From: Sporopachydermia quercuum
Taxonomy: Eukaryota
NCBI GenBank assembly: GCA_001599295.1
Contig: BCGN01000003.1
Coordinates: 1,736,001 to 1,800,000 of the forward strand
DNA: 64,000 nt
Direction of reading: 5' to 3'
In this document: positions 11,450 through 23,415 of the stretch, in pieces
Position numbering within the stretch: position 1 is the first letter of the stretch
Layout: each line of letters starts with the position of its first letter
The notes under the pieces: generated by a model
Database searches by the model: none
The model's input: the letters and a program-made list of their open reading frames with translations, nothing else
What the model was told of the DNA's origin: nothing
Position numbers and translations under genes: made by a program

Positions 11450-12204
11450 ATGGATGGAACAGCAAATAGCAATCCATCTAGCAATGGATTAATCCGAAGG
11501 CTATCAGAATCAGGACATCCTGTTGCGCTTTTATTCTTCATGGGTCTGAAAACTGGTGCTTTATTAGCCTATTTGTTTGGGTTATTGTTCACATCAAACT
11601 TGTAAGTTAACGCAGTAGATCATGAACATGTTGTGGTATCTTTTGCACATACGCATACTAACTGACCTAGCATCCTTGTATTTATAGTTGTAGTGCTGTT
11701 GACAGCAGCAGACTTCTGGAATTGCAAAAACGTATCAGGAAGACTCTTGGTAGGCTTACGATGGTGGAATGAGACATCAGCTGCCGGAGAAAGCATCTGG
11801 GTGTTTGAAACAGCAGATGTAAGTATTTCGATTGTTAGTTAAAAAGATCAGACAGTCAATTGCTGTTGCAATGATAATATTAACACTAACATATTTAGCC
11901 ATCACGTGTGATAAATCCAATTGACTCTAAAATGTTCTGGTTGTTCTTATATGGATCCCCAGCCTTCTGGATTATTCTTGGCCTATTGGCCGTACTGAAG
12001 TTTCAGTTTCTATCATTGATACTTGTGATAATTGCTGTTGCACTCACTACGACAAACGCTGTAGCATTTACACGATGTGATAAGTTCAGCAAAGCTAATA
12101 CTATTGCCGATGGCGTTTTCAGTAGAATTACAGGAGGATTAGCCAGTAGAGTATTTAGCAGTGGAACGAGTGCATTTGGAAGTTTTTTTTCAGGAGGACG
12201 TTAG
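11450..12204 (+). CDS. TVP23: Golgi membrane protein Tvp23; 3 exons (11450-11601, 11671-11818, 11899-12204)
   Basis: Spliced translation contains [30 protein letters not shown] and NPIDSKMFW. Both introns are GTAAGT..(T/C)ACTAAC..TAG and keep frame. Confidence 0.96.
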
Positions 12205-12867
12205 AGAAATGATAATGAAAAAGAATGAAACTACAGCATAGATATTAAGTTAACGAATAGGAAGATAAATTAGGAGCAGTGAATGAATCCTGTTGGGGAA
12301 CTAAAATTGGAATAGTGAGAACAAGATATCGATGTTCTTCTCGATAGAGGGAAACTCATAATAGAGTTGAGGTTCTGGCTTGATCATATGAGCAGTGGCT
12401 GGGGGATATTAATATGGTGATTATAATAGCAGTAAATCTGCTCCATTTCTTACATATTGACACCTTTTCCTCGGAAAAGGCTGACATTCAAGCACGAAAT
12501 ATAACCAATTCTTGAAAGCTAAAATATAGGTTTTGTTTTAACGCATATTCATGCAATGCTATTCGAACTTAAGTGCCTATTACTAGATTACATAATCGTG
12601 TGATGTATTATACGTTTGTTCGCATGCGACTTCCTAGTAGGGAATTAAAGTTGAATTGTAAGTGATCCATGTTAACTCTAACCTTATTTATCTTCCCCAC
12701 CTATGTCTTCGGAACAACTACAGCTCTTTTTTGGCACTCTCTATCCATAAGACACTATCCAATATCTCAGTTTATTCCAACAGAATCAAAAAAAAATACA
12801 ATAAATAAGCAATAATTATAGGTTTTCTAGAACTCTAATTATACCAATTGTTTTCATTTCCATGCTT

Positions 12868-13011
12868 CTAGTTGACATCACCAAGAGTCTCATTAGGTTG
12901 CCCTAGAGTTGCACTCAATTGCTTATCAGTTTCTTGTATCTCAAGTGACAATTTCCTTCTTTCAGTGTCCATTTTTGCCGCCAGAACATTTATTGAAACT
13001 TCGGTTGGCAT
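12868..13011 (-). CDS. Candidate 47-aa microprotein of unknown function, preceded by a 5' UTR intron
   Basis: MPTEVSINVLAAKMDTERRKLSLEIQETDKQLSATLGQPNETLGDVN*. Minus-strand TACTAAC (13030-13024) and a TAG acceptor lie 1 nt before the ATG; GTATGC donor at 13109. Confidence 0.4.
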   Translation of the reverse strand: MPTEVSINVLAAKMDTERRKLSLEIQETDKQLSATLGQPNETLGDVN

Positions 13012-13253
13012 TCTAGTTCAATCGTTAGTACTTAAACAACAGCGGATCCCGTAACGTTTGTCTTAGGGGTTTCTCTTTATTCAAGTGCTCTTGGTTGCAA
13101 GTGGCATACTATTGAAAGATCAGAACAACTGGCAGTCTACAGCNAATATTATAGTTATTAGTTGCTTTTTGATACTACTTCATCCGCAATTATCAGCTGA
13201 TTCAATTGCCTGAATCCTTTCCCTATATCCAGTATTTATCNCGAATCATCACA

Positions 13254-14780
13254 ATGTCCTCTGTTTATACTACTATCAAACTACCAAACGAGAAAACTTA
13301 CCAGCAACCTATTGGTATTTTCATCAACAACCAGTTCAAACCTTCTAATGCATCACAGAAAATCCCAGTATTTAATCCTGCAACGGGCAAAGAAATCACA
13401 CAGGTTTTCAGTGCTGACGAAAAGGATATAGATGAAGCTGTTGCTGCAGCTAGAAATGCATTCGAATCGGTCTGGAGCTCTACATCGGGAACAAAACGTG
13501 GCGAGCTGATTTACAAGCTTGCTGATCTGGCTCAAGAGAATTTCGAGACTTTGGCTGCTATTGAAGCTTTAGATAGTGGAAAACCGTATCATAAAAATGC
13601 TCGTGGTGATGTTGCAGGTTTTATCGCGGTGCTGAAATACTATGCTGGCTGGGCAGATAAAATCTCTGGAAAGACAATTGAAGCAGTTCCTGGTAAGAAA
13701 ATAGCATTCACACTTCATGAGCCCCATGGAGTCTGTGGCCAGATCATCCCTTGGAACTATCCTTTGCTGATGGCAGCTTGGAAGATTGCCCCAGCCCTTG
13801 CGGCTGGAAATACTATAGTATTGAAGCTGGCCGAGGCCACGCCATTGAGTATGCTTTATTTTGCTACCCTGGTTGAAAAAGCTGAAATTCCGCCAGGAGT
13901 TTTGAACATTATGACGGGAATTGGGTCAAAAGCAGGCTCAAGACTGGCTGAACATCCTGACGTTGACAAAATAGCATTCACAGGTTCTACAGCTACAGGA
14001 AGAGCCATCATGAAGCTCGCTGCAGGAAACTTGAAAAGTATCACTTTGGAGTGCGGGGGAAAGTCTCCAATGTTGGTATTCAAAGACTGTGATCTTGAAC
14101 AAGCTGTTAAATGGGCCCATGCTGGTGTTATGTCCAATATGGGTCAAATATGTACTGCTATTTCAAGAGTTTACGTCCACGAGGATATCTATGAAAAGTT
14201 CATTGACCTTTATAAACAGCAAGTTGAAACTGTCTCTATTGTAGGTGATCCCTTCAATAAGGACGTCTATCAAGGCCCTCAGGTGAGTATAGATCAGCAG
14301 AAGAAAGTGAACGATATGATTGAAGCTGGTATCAAAGAAGGAGCCAGAGTTGTTGTTGGAGGTGTGATAAACCAGGAGGAAACTTCTGGCTCAGCTTCTG
14401 ACTCGGGCTCTGGCTATTTTGTCAAGCCAACAGTATTTGCTGATGTTAAACAGAGCATGANAATAGTTCAAGAAGAGATTTTTGGTCCTGTCGTTGCTAT
14501 AGGCAAATTCAGTAGCGATAAAGAAGCAATTGATTATGCCAATGATAGTATTTATGGTCTGGCTGCTAGCATATTTACTACTGATATTACTAGAGCTCAT
14601 TTGATTGCTAGTAAGCTGAAAAGTGGCCAAGTATTTATAAACTCTTCTAATGATAGCGATTTCCGAGTTCCTTTCGGCGGATATAAAATGAGTGGATTTG
14701 GAAGAGAGTTGGGCTCTTACGGCTTGGATAACTATACTGTTGTGAAGGCTGTTCATTTGAATTTAGGTACCAAGTTATAG
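13254..14780 (+). CDS. ALD2: Cytosolic NAD-dependent aldehyde dehydrogenase, Ald2/Ald3-like
   Basis: GQIIPWNYP, FTGSTATG, TLECGGKSP (ECGGK variant as in Ald2/3), catalytic Cys in GQICTA, EEIFGPV, PFGGYKMSG. No presequence when started at ATG 13254. Confidence 0.9.
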   Translation: MSSVYTTIKLPNEKTYQQPIGIFINNQFKPSNASQKIPVFNPATGKEITQVFSADEKDIDEAVAAARNAFESVWSSTSGTKRGELIYKLADLAQENFETLAAIEALDSGKPYHKNARGDVAGFIAVLKYYAGWADKISGKTIEAVPGKKIAFTLHEPHGVCGQIIPWNYPLLMAAWKIAPALAAGNTIVLKLAEATPLSMLYFATLVEKAEIPPGVLNIMTGIGSKAGSRLAEHPDVDKIAFTGSTATGRAIMKLAAGNLKSITLECGGKSPMLVFKDCDLEQAVKWAHAGVMSNMGQICTAISRVYVHEDIYEKFIDLYKQQVETVSIVGDPFNKDVYQGPQVSIDQQKKVNDMIEAGIKEGARVVVGGVINQEETSGSASDSGSGYFVKPTVFADVKQSMXIVQEEIFGPVVAIGKFSSDKEAIDYANDSIYGLAASIFTTDITRAHLIASKLKSGQVFINSSNDSDFRVPFGGYKMSGFGRELGSYGLDNYTVVKAVHLNLGTKL

Positions 14781-16028
14781 TAGTATCAGGTTGAATGATT
14801 GTANGAGGTATGAAGATGATTTATAGGTTGATTTAATGTAATGAGAACATATTTGTAAGTAATGACGGTAGTTTCATTGTAATGAAGTAAATGGAATATC
14901 AGTATAAAAGTATCTATTTATACTAATAACACTTCCAGTATAGAGCGAGTGTCTATAACCACCATGCTACATATATTTTAGTAAAGAAATAGTACGTTTT
15001 TAAGGGATTATATGAGAATGTATGAGAAAGGTAATAGATTGATGCATCAATACAAATGATACTGGCTCCTTTTATGCTTTGATTAATGCTGATAATAACG
15101 AAATACATAAAATAGTTGAGGTAATATTACAGCCGTATAACTACTAGTAGTTGGCAATTTGCTTTGTGGAACAGTATTATTGTTTTCATTATCACGTTCG
15201 AACGAATATTCTAGTGACATATGCATAATAATAAACGCTCAACACTACATAATTGTAAATGCTTAACACTACATATAATAGATTATAACTCTGAAAGGAC
15301 TGGAATAGAACAGTAGAAAAGAACATATAACAGGTTAAACAGTTATTACTCATGTTAACAGATAAGTTTAGCCACTCAGGCTATTACAACTCTCTCACTA
15401 CATCAACCTGACAGGTATTTTGTTTTTTTCTGAATAGTTTATTCAGTTATTCCAAGAATGCCTATACCATTGAAACGTTTTTAATCACATTCAAGTTCAT
15501 CAACATTCTCTGTAGTTATTCTCCATTTCTCTTCTCTCATAAATGTGAACTGTTGCAATCTATCAAAGGAAAAAATGGAAGATGGTGCCAGGCACTACTA
15601 GACGTAACAGAACTAACGTGTTTCTATTTAGTGACGATGCTTGGGAAATATAATTTTAAAGCCAGTAGCAATGATATGGGTGCCCAGTCAGTATTATAGG
15701 ATATTCAGCTTAGATTGTTCGCCAGACAACGAGAATTACATTGGTAGCATCGGAAGCATGGGGAATGATGAAGACAGCTAGGTGTTTCTTTGATATTAAA
15801 CGTCATCTACGAGGCAGAGAAAACTAAGGGAAAAAGATGATTTAGAAATTGCCAGAGATCCAGAGCTTTTCATCGACGGAAACATATTAAGGATAGGTTT
15901 GCATCTGAGGTTTCAATCTGAAGCTTTCAAATGAGGGTTTGTTCTATGAGCTGACAGCTACTTTCACCGAACTCGGAAGCAGAACAGTTGCAGCTCCAAA
16001 CCATTTCCTTATGAATACAAATAAGACG

Positions 16029-16076
16029 TATAAAACTATGTATAAAACTATGTATAAGACTATGTATAAAACTATG
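16029..16076. repeat. 12-bp minisatellite, 4 copies
   Basis: TATAAAACTATG x4 (third copy TATAAGACTATG), downstream of URE2. Confidence 0.85.
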
Positions 16077-16458
16077 AATTAATTCTAGCTAATAAACTAT
16101 GCAATAAGTACCATAAATTGACAATAAATTCTTAGTGTAAGAATTCATAATTCCACCGGGACAGAGATGTTTAGTTCAGCATTCAAGAAGTCAACATCCC
16201 TCAAGGGTTCTGAAGAATATATTCAGGTTCCCAGGATTCATAAGGAACAAAAAAAGCCCAGATAAACTCACATGCGTTTCTATTACCGTTTTACTACTGT
16301 TACTACTGCAGTATCATTACTATCACTTGGATTCTCGTATCATATAAAATACCATTAGATAATTACATAACATAGGGATCATTACATATACATAGATACA
16401 GACATCATTATTCATATTCATACTCTTGTTCTCATTCTCATTTTATTCATATCCTAGT

Positions 16459-17502
16459 TTATGCCTTATTATCTAATCCCTTTAAAGCCTTGATAACAGC
16501 AGGCCTTTGCATCATAGTCTTAGTCCATTTATAAACCTCGGGGAACTCGTCTTTCAACCGAATTCCAATCTTATCAACAACATTATTCCATGGAACAAAG
16601 CATAAATCAGCAACAGTAATACGATCACCAACTAACCAAATAGGATTATTGAAATACTTCGAACTTGAAAATGATAAAGAGCCATTTGAATATAATGATG
16701 CATTCTCCGACTCCAGTTCTAAAATCAATGATTCTCTTTTTAGGGCTAAAGTCATTTCAATAACACCATAGATCCGTCGCACTTCCTCGCTGTATCTTTC
16801 CACAGCAGAAGGCACTGATTCTGAATGGAAATAACGGAAATGTAATGCTTGTCCAATCATTGGTGCATGCCCTGAAGTTTGAAAGAAAATCCAGGAATTG
16901 ATAGCTGCTTGCTCAGCAATATCAGTTGAATAAAGCGAAGTGTTTGGTACTTTTTGACATAAATATATAATAATAGCTCCTGATTCCCACATGGATGCGT
17001 TATCGTTTTCATGATCAATAACTGTTGGAACTCTTGAGTTGGGATTCACTTGGATATACTCTGGGGACCGTTGTTCATTGGCTTGGAAGTCCAAAAAGAT
17101 AGTATGGAATTTTAAATCCAACTCTGTCATTATTATGGCAACTTTGAAGCCATTTGGAGCAGATCTATGAGAGAAAAGAGTTATTCCCGAAGTGGGTAAG
17201 TTTTGAAAGAATTCTGACATTCTAGTTGACACAGGAGCTGTTGATTGAGCATTGTCGTCTGTTGCTGGTGGAGATGATGTCGAAATGCCTGATTGTTTTA
17301 CTGGAATTCCCGTCGATATTCGCTCTGATTGAGAAGTTGGATTGGAAATAGCAGCTGATGTATTTGAGTTGTTGCTTGCGTATTGGTTTCCCAAATGAAC
17401 GTTTTTCAAAGCATAGGAAAGGTTAGAGATGGGAGGAGGAGGAACAGAAGCAGGAGTTCCCATGAACTCGTCTTCGTCCTCAGGATTGAACTGGTTATTC
17501 AT
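16459..17502 (-). CDS. URE2: Ure2, GST-like nitrogen catabolite repression regulator
   Basis: TLFSHRSAPNGFKVAI, NPNSRVP, WESGAI, FFQTSGHAPMIGQALHFRYFH and WLVGDRITVADLCFVPWNNVVDKIGI are Ure2 hallmarks. Confidence 0.97.
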   Translation of the reverse strand: MNNQFNPEDEDEFMGTPASVPPPPISNLSYALKNVHLGNQYASNNSNTSAAISNPTSQSERISTGIPVKQSGISTSSPPATDDNAQSTAPVSTRMSEFFQNLPTSGITLFSHRSAPNGFKVAIIMTELDLKFHTIFLDFQANEQRSPEYIQVNPNSRVPTVIDHENDNASMWESGAIIIYLCQKVPNTSLYSTDIAEQAAINSWIFFQTSGHAPMIGQALHFRYFHSESVPSAVERYSEEVRRIYGVIEMTLALKRESLILELESENASLYSNGSLSFSSSKYFNNPIWLVGDRITVADLCFVPWNNVVDKIGIRLKDEFPEVYKWTKTMMQRPAVIKALKGLDNKA

Positions 17503-20100
17503 TTTAGATGCAGTTTGAGCCTCTGTGTTTTCTAGTTGCTTTATAGAGCAGACTGTAGATTGGTTTAATGGTGTGTAGATAGGCTCTGTTAGAATGAATA
17601 TAGTAAGTATACACTATGGTACCCTCGGTTGTTCTTCGCTTAGCTATTACCTAACCCAACGAACTTCAGAGCTTCTTGTTTAACAATGGATTGCATAAAT
17701 TCTTCAATTTGTAAACAAAATCTTTTTGTCTACTTTTATTCTAGTGCTATCAATCACCTGTTCAATACCTTGTGACTGTACTCAAGCCAACCAATATTAT
17801 ATAAACAATGCAATGAGAAACTGTAGAAACTCTTTGAATAAAAAACTCTGTCTTATAGAAAATCGCAGGGTTTGAATATAAAAAATGTGATCCTCCGTTT
17901 TCTATATTCCTAAAGGTGCTTTTGGTAATCATGCAACACTGAAAAATTAATAGATGATGGGAAGAGGAGCTATTGATAACTTATTACGTAGAAAGAAGAG
18001 GAATTTTCACCACATTTAACTTCATTTTGGGAAGAAATGATGGAATAAAAGATGAGGTGAACGAATAAAAATGGGTTTAGAAGGGTATTCTCGAGATTGA
18101 ATGGAGATAAGTGACGGTAAATGCCGGCGAAAGAATAAGGTTTGATATGGTATGGTGGAGGGGTGGAAGAGAGATGGAACAGTGGAAGCTGGCCGTAGGA
18201 GGAACAAGAAGGAAATAGACAGTATGGAATAACGGTTAATTTCTTTGCGGAGTTGCTGTTGAGGTATTGTAACCAGGTAGTTGATGGACCGTGGAGGCGG
18301 CTAACTTAATTAGTAAATTAGTGAAGTCAAATTAGGTTGTTTGGAGGGTACGGTTCTGCAATAATAAAGCGATTGATGCTAAAAAAAGATAAACTTTGAG
18401 TGCAATGGGAACTGGAGGTTAATTGAGTGTAGATGGATTATAAGAGTATTAATGGTTTTGAGAATTTGAGAATGGTGTAGCCTGTAAATTAGGTGGTTAC
18501 ATTCATAAATATAGAAGCATATTACTGTAGCCTTTGGCACATGCTGCCTCAAAAGAAGTAGTCTTTTTGGTCAACATTTCAGTGCTTGCCGTGTGAAGAG
18601 AAATACAACAAACTTTAAAATGTGATTTGTGAGTGAAAGCGAAAGCCTATATATAATTCCTCACTGCCTAACTTCTTTGAAGATAAACCAGATTGATCCT
18701 GCTCAAATAGTGCTGAAAGCTTCTTCAATGTGTTAAATACTTGCCGTTCGGTTCTTCAGTAGAAATCAGAGGAGAGTTGTAGTATCATGTTAAAGATTTT
18801 TCTATTGTGAATAAGGTTTAGTCTTTATAGAGTCCACTTTCACTTGAATGAATAACTCTCCTTCCTATTCCGACAATACAGAAAGCTTAATTCTATGTAT
18901 TCTTTAAAAGTTTCAATTAAAATGTAAGAGGTCGAAGTACAATCCTCAGATCATTTCGAGATATCCTCTTAAAATACGATCTAGGTCTATTTTGATTATG
19001 TTAAGTTCTAAACTTCTCTGGTTACTTGTATAACTTAAAAACCAACTGATTGCCAAATAATACTCCTCTGTTCTGATGTAATTGGAAGTTCGGTAAAGTA
19101 ATTACGGCTGGGTCAATAAGGCGACAGCAATAAGATTAAGATTGACAGTGTTTACAACTAACTTGGTTTTATTTAGGATAGGAACTGGTTTATTCTTCTC
19201 TTGCTTGATAAGAGGGATTGGGATTATAACAAATCTCGGTATCATGATGCTGTAACTTTTCAGTGAGTGAGTTATCCATGTANTGAACACCATATATAAT
19301 CCAGGACTTAAATAGGTTCGAAAATTAGATAAACTTGTTAGAACCATTAATTAGTGGTTCTTAGAATTTCATTCTTGATCTGACTAGTTTGTGATACTGT
19401 TGTAATGATTCCAATTCTTCAAATGATGGAATTTCCACTTAGCGATTTTGGCTAAACAATGAAACTTTGCAACAAAATAGTAGGGAAGAAAAAGTAATGT
19501 CCAAAATTATTGTTAGACTTTTAAACTGAACATTATGCTATTTAATTGGACCATATAGGTTCGCGACATTTATTGGTCTTTTTTCATTTGCTTTCATTAC
19601 AATGGGATCCTAACAGTATTCACAAACTATGAAATCACGTTTATGAACTGGGTTCAATATTTCAGTTCCTGCTAAACCCTATTTAGGACTCAGCACTAAC
19701 CTTCTAGATTTACAATAAAAAACAGAGTACTCAAGCACAATGAATTTACAATAAAACATCTAATTGTTGTAAAAGGTTAAAAATGATTTTCAATTCATTA
19801 AAAATCAAAGAATACAAAATACTGTGAATTCATCATCTATTCTTCTCAGTCTAAATTTTATTTAAAGTTTCACGTGAGATTTTATACTAGTTTGGGATAA
19901 CTAAATGGAAACCTTCTTTTTTTGGTATCCTTCTGCTTTCCATACGTTCTATAATTTCTCAACATAGCTAGCACTTTCTTGAAATAAGAATCTAATAAAC
20001 AACACCTAAAGCTTCAATAAACCTTGATTGATTTACTGGTTTTATTTGCCAATTACGTAAACACACTCTACTGATTAACTGCGTGTAATACACCAACACA

Positions 20101-20991
20101 ATGTTAACACTNATTGTCTATCATCCACTAGATCTAGTTGACTATATCAACGAAGACGATCAAACGAGCTCCTTGAAAAAGGAATTTCGAGCTGAGATGA
20201 TAAGAAAAATTAACGTGGGTTACGATAGACCAAGATTTAAATACAAAGTAATACTGGCAGCGAGAATTCCAAAAGATGGGTTATTCACTGATGAACTGGT
20301 AGGCTCGCCAGGTCCTTATAGCGAAGAAGCAATTACAAAATCATACTGTAGAATGAGCGTGCTTTTAGATGACGAGAATAATGAATTTGAAGACACTAAC
20401 AGCACGGTCATAAATATTAAGTGTAAGGCTACCATAAACGGTAAGTTTCACGATAATGTGGACGTCAGAGTTGTTTANTGGAATATGCTGTATAGAGAGC
20501 TGGATCAAAATGTTTTGGGAAAGAGAGTACTTGGGTTTGCAGGGCTGAAAAAGTATAAAGATAGAAGACTTAAGCCCGAAGAAATGAAACCAGAGTATCA
20601 ACAGAATTCAGATGGAGAGCTGACAGTATTCACAACTTTGGAAAAAGAAGGATATAAAGGGGTATCAGTTATTCTGGTCGATGCCGTTAAAATGATTGCC
20701 AGAAGCTTAGGATTCAGAGACCTATACGCTACACCGATTATGGAACATAACTTGGTTGCTTATTATATAAAACTCGGATTCCAATTGATTGAGACGTGGG
20801 AAGCTGTCGTTTCGAAGCGATCGAAAGTGAGGTTTAATCCAGAATTAGATACAGCAGCCAGGAACCCAGAGAAGATCAATACTCTACCTGAGTATGGCTT
20901 GGTGAGTGCTGAGTCAAACGGATTAGAAGAACTTTGGGCAACAAGAAATTTCCATTTAGCAAGACTTAAAACTGGTCTACTCGATATTTAA
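20101..20991 (+). CDS. Putative GNAT-fold N-acetyltransferase, divergent
   Basis: 296-aa intronless ORF. VLGFAGL...GELTVFTT..GYKGVSVILVDAVKMIARSLGFRDLY...NLVAYYIKLGF resembles GNAT motifs A and B. Confidence 0.6.
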   Translation: MLTXIVYHPLDLVDYINEDDQTSSLKKEFRAEMIRKINVGYDRPRFKYKVILAARIPKDGLFTDELVGSPGPYSEEAITKSYCRMSVLLDDENNEFEDTNSTVINIKCKATINGKFHDNVDVRVVXWNMLYRELDQNVLGKRVLGFAGLKKYKDRRLKPEEMKPEYQQNSDGELTVFTTLEKEGYKGVSVILVDAVKMIARSLGFRDLYATPIMEHNLVAYYIKLGFQLIETWEAVVSKRSKVRFNPELDTAARNPEKINTLPEYGLVSAESNGLEELWATRNFHLARLKTGLLDI

Positions 20992-23080
20992 ATGAATAAC
21001 TGCTGAAATAAAGATAAGGCAATAGTTAGCATAGAAATAGAATGATTAATTAACTATGAATCGCTTTACGAATGGCTATATGAGTGGCTTCATGGAGGTA
21101 GAAGCAAGGCTAGCTGCACTGCTTACTATAGAGAATGTCATGATACTGAATGTGACACGGTAACTGAGTATGATTACGTAATCATCATCGCATCAGTATG
21201 AGGGAAATTTATAGTTCTGATTTGTCTTTAAATGTTAGACATTTCAAAGGGANTATGTATACAATAACTAGCAATACGAGAGAATATAGAGCTGTAATTT
21301 TTTATAGTCAATCGGAAGATTGACTTCCTCAATATCAGAATAAAATCACGAACCAAAACCAGCAGGCAAGATAAAGGTCATAGGAGTCATGTCATTAAAG
21401 GAGATTAGTTTGATAACCTCCCATTTCTTTCAAATGTACGTAACTAAAAGAGGTTCGGGTGTACGCAGGACTTAACTTAAGGTTTGAGAAATCAAGCTTT
21501 CTTCATGCATAACTCGTCTGGCTTACTATCTACAAATCTTATCTAAAACCACCACAACAATGAAGGAAAAGATATTTATGTAGCATCAAACGAGCGATCT
21601 TTTTTAAATGTATGGAAAAACAGTTTTGGATATTATATAAAATTAACAGAAATGAATAAAAACAATCAAAAACGTACTTTTGGAATCCTTAAAGCTCAGC
21701 GAAAGAAAAAAAGCTGATCGGTCTACAGTAGGAAGTAACTCATATTCGCTGTATTAGCATAATCAATAAGGTTATCTTAATCTTAAAAAACCGTTGACGA
21801 TTGTTCACTATGTGACCTAATTTCTAATCAGCAACCCAGTTTATCTATTACAGAATTCTCGATAGTTTGCGTTCAAATTGGTATTACAAACCAGGTTCTG
21901 GTTTTTATTTGGGTACAGCTTCCTAGTGATTATTAGGACTTTTACAAGTATATTCAGCCGAACAGGCAAGGTAGAAAACCTACATCCAGTTTGAACGAAG
22001 AAAAAACGTTCAATATTCAATTTCAACTTTAACCTTATATCATGGCTAATGGTTGGCTGTTGCATCTTTTTCCACGGATGTTTTTCGTTGAAACACCGAG
22101 AAGTTTCTTCTTCATGAGGAAAAGAATTTACTATAATTCCCACCTCCGAAAATTATTCCGGAGTACCCAGAGGGTGCTGCATGTCTGCTGGTATGCAAGC
22201 GTTTATTGTGCGTTTGTTCGAAAGGAAAGAAAAACCAGAGCCTTTTTCTCTGTTTATGGTATGGTTTGGTCTCAGTATTTGGCCAGTTGCGGGCCTTTTC
22301 TAGAGCGATTTTGTCTATTGTCTAAAGAGTGCTCGTTTCCTGTGTATGCTTTTAATTGAACTCTTAAATTGATATCCCATATTGACTTTAGACTTCCCCA
22401 GCAAAGCTCCCAAACTATCCATCCGATAGTTTCATGGCTTTAGTAATGTATTGATTGATGAAGAACATTTAGATTCGAAGGATATACTCCATTCTTCCAC
22501 TCAACCGTAATTTCAACCCACCTATTTCTTTTTTCTACTCCATTTGGTTTATAATCCACCATAATATCTATTTATACTTACTATTATAGTTAAAATATAG
22601 ATAATGAAAATCTCTCTTGTAGCTAGGAGCTATTGTAGTGTAGCTCATGGAAATCCTTTGCTGCTTTGACATTTCTTCCCGTCAGTTCCAGTATACCGAG
22701 CCATTTAGTAAACAGTCTTGTATTCTAGTGCAAACTAAACAAAAGGATACACCACAACCAAGACTCAAACTTGTCTAATATCCTTGTCAAATGTCATACT
22801 TTCGAAACCTAAACTCAACCTAAGCTCCTTACGTATACAGCCTTGTCATGTAATCTCCGTCTGGCTGGCAGCACAGTTCCCTACGGAAATTATTTGTTTT
22901 CTTTTCTTTTCAGGTTTTCATTATTTATCTTGAGGCTCTTTTCTTCCTTTCTCTTCCTTCTTGTTTTCTGTTCTTCGAATGGCTAAGATAATTTGAGAGA
23001 TTCGTCTTTTTGGTTCTCCTTCTTTTTAACGCTTTTATACCAGGCATATAGTATTTGTCACTAAACAAATCAATTTAAGT

Positions 23081-23403
23081 GTAAGTGTTATAATTGTTTA
23101 ATTAGGTCTTGTTTGCGAATACTGGGACACCATCGGGAATTAGAACTTACCGGAAGTTGAGAGAAGGACCACCCACCAGTTGAGATCTGAACTTGTGGTT
23201 CAATGCATTGGGACACTGTACTGCCATATCTCATTCATTAAACATTGTACTAGCTAGCCGGTTCAAAAGCCATTAAAGGTGTTACTGTTTGAGTCGTCTC
23301 CCTTTCTCCTCGTCAATTCGAATATCACCTGGTGTTAGAAGCTAGTGTCATGCATATTCCCTTATAAATATATGAAAGAATTAAGATGTTAACATTTATT
23401 TAG
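23081..23403 (+). other. Probable 5' UTR intron of the PMP1-like gene
   Basis: GTAAGT at 23081, branch-like TGTTAAC near 23387-23393, TAG ending 23403, 12 nt before the ATG. Confidence 0.55.
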
Positions 23404-23415
23404 AATCAAATCAAA

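Noticed and set aside
5705..16076. Short tandem repeats considered as CRISPR-like or telomeric arrays
   Set aside because: Head-to-tail copies without spacers, only 2-4 units, in a eukaryotic internal context.
22236..22252. CAGA-GCCTTTTTC-TCTG resembling U5 loop I
   Set aside because: The invariant A of GCCUUUUAC is missing and no other U5 features are present.
23110..23230. Possible TPP riboswitch in the PMP1 leader intron
   Set aside because: Lacks the conserved CUGAGA and GAUAAU/CCAGCG core arrangement, and the host is not a thiamine gene.
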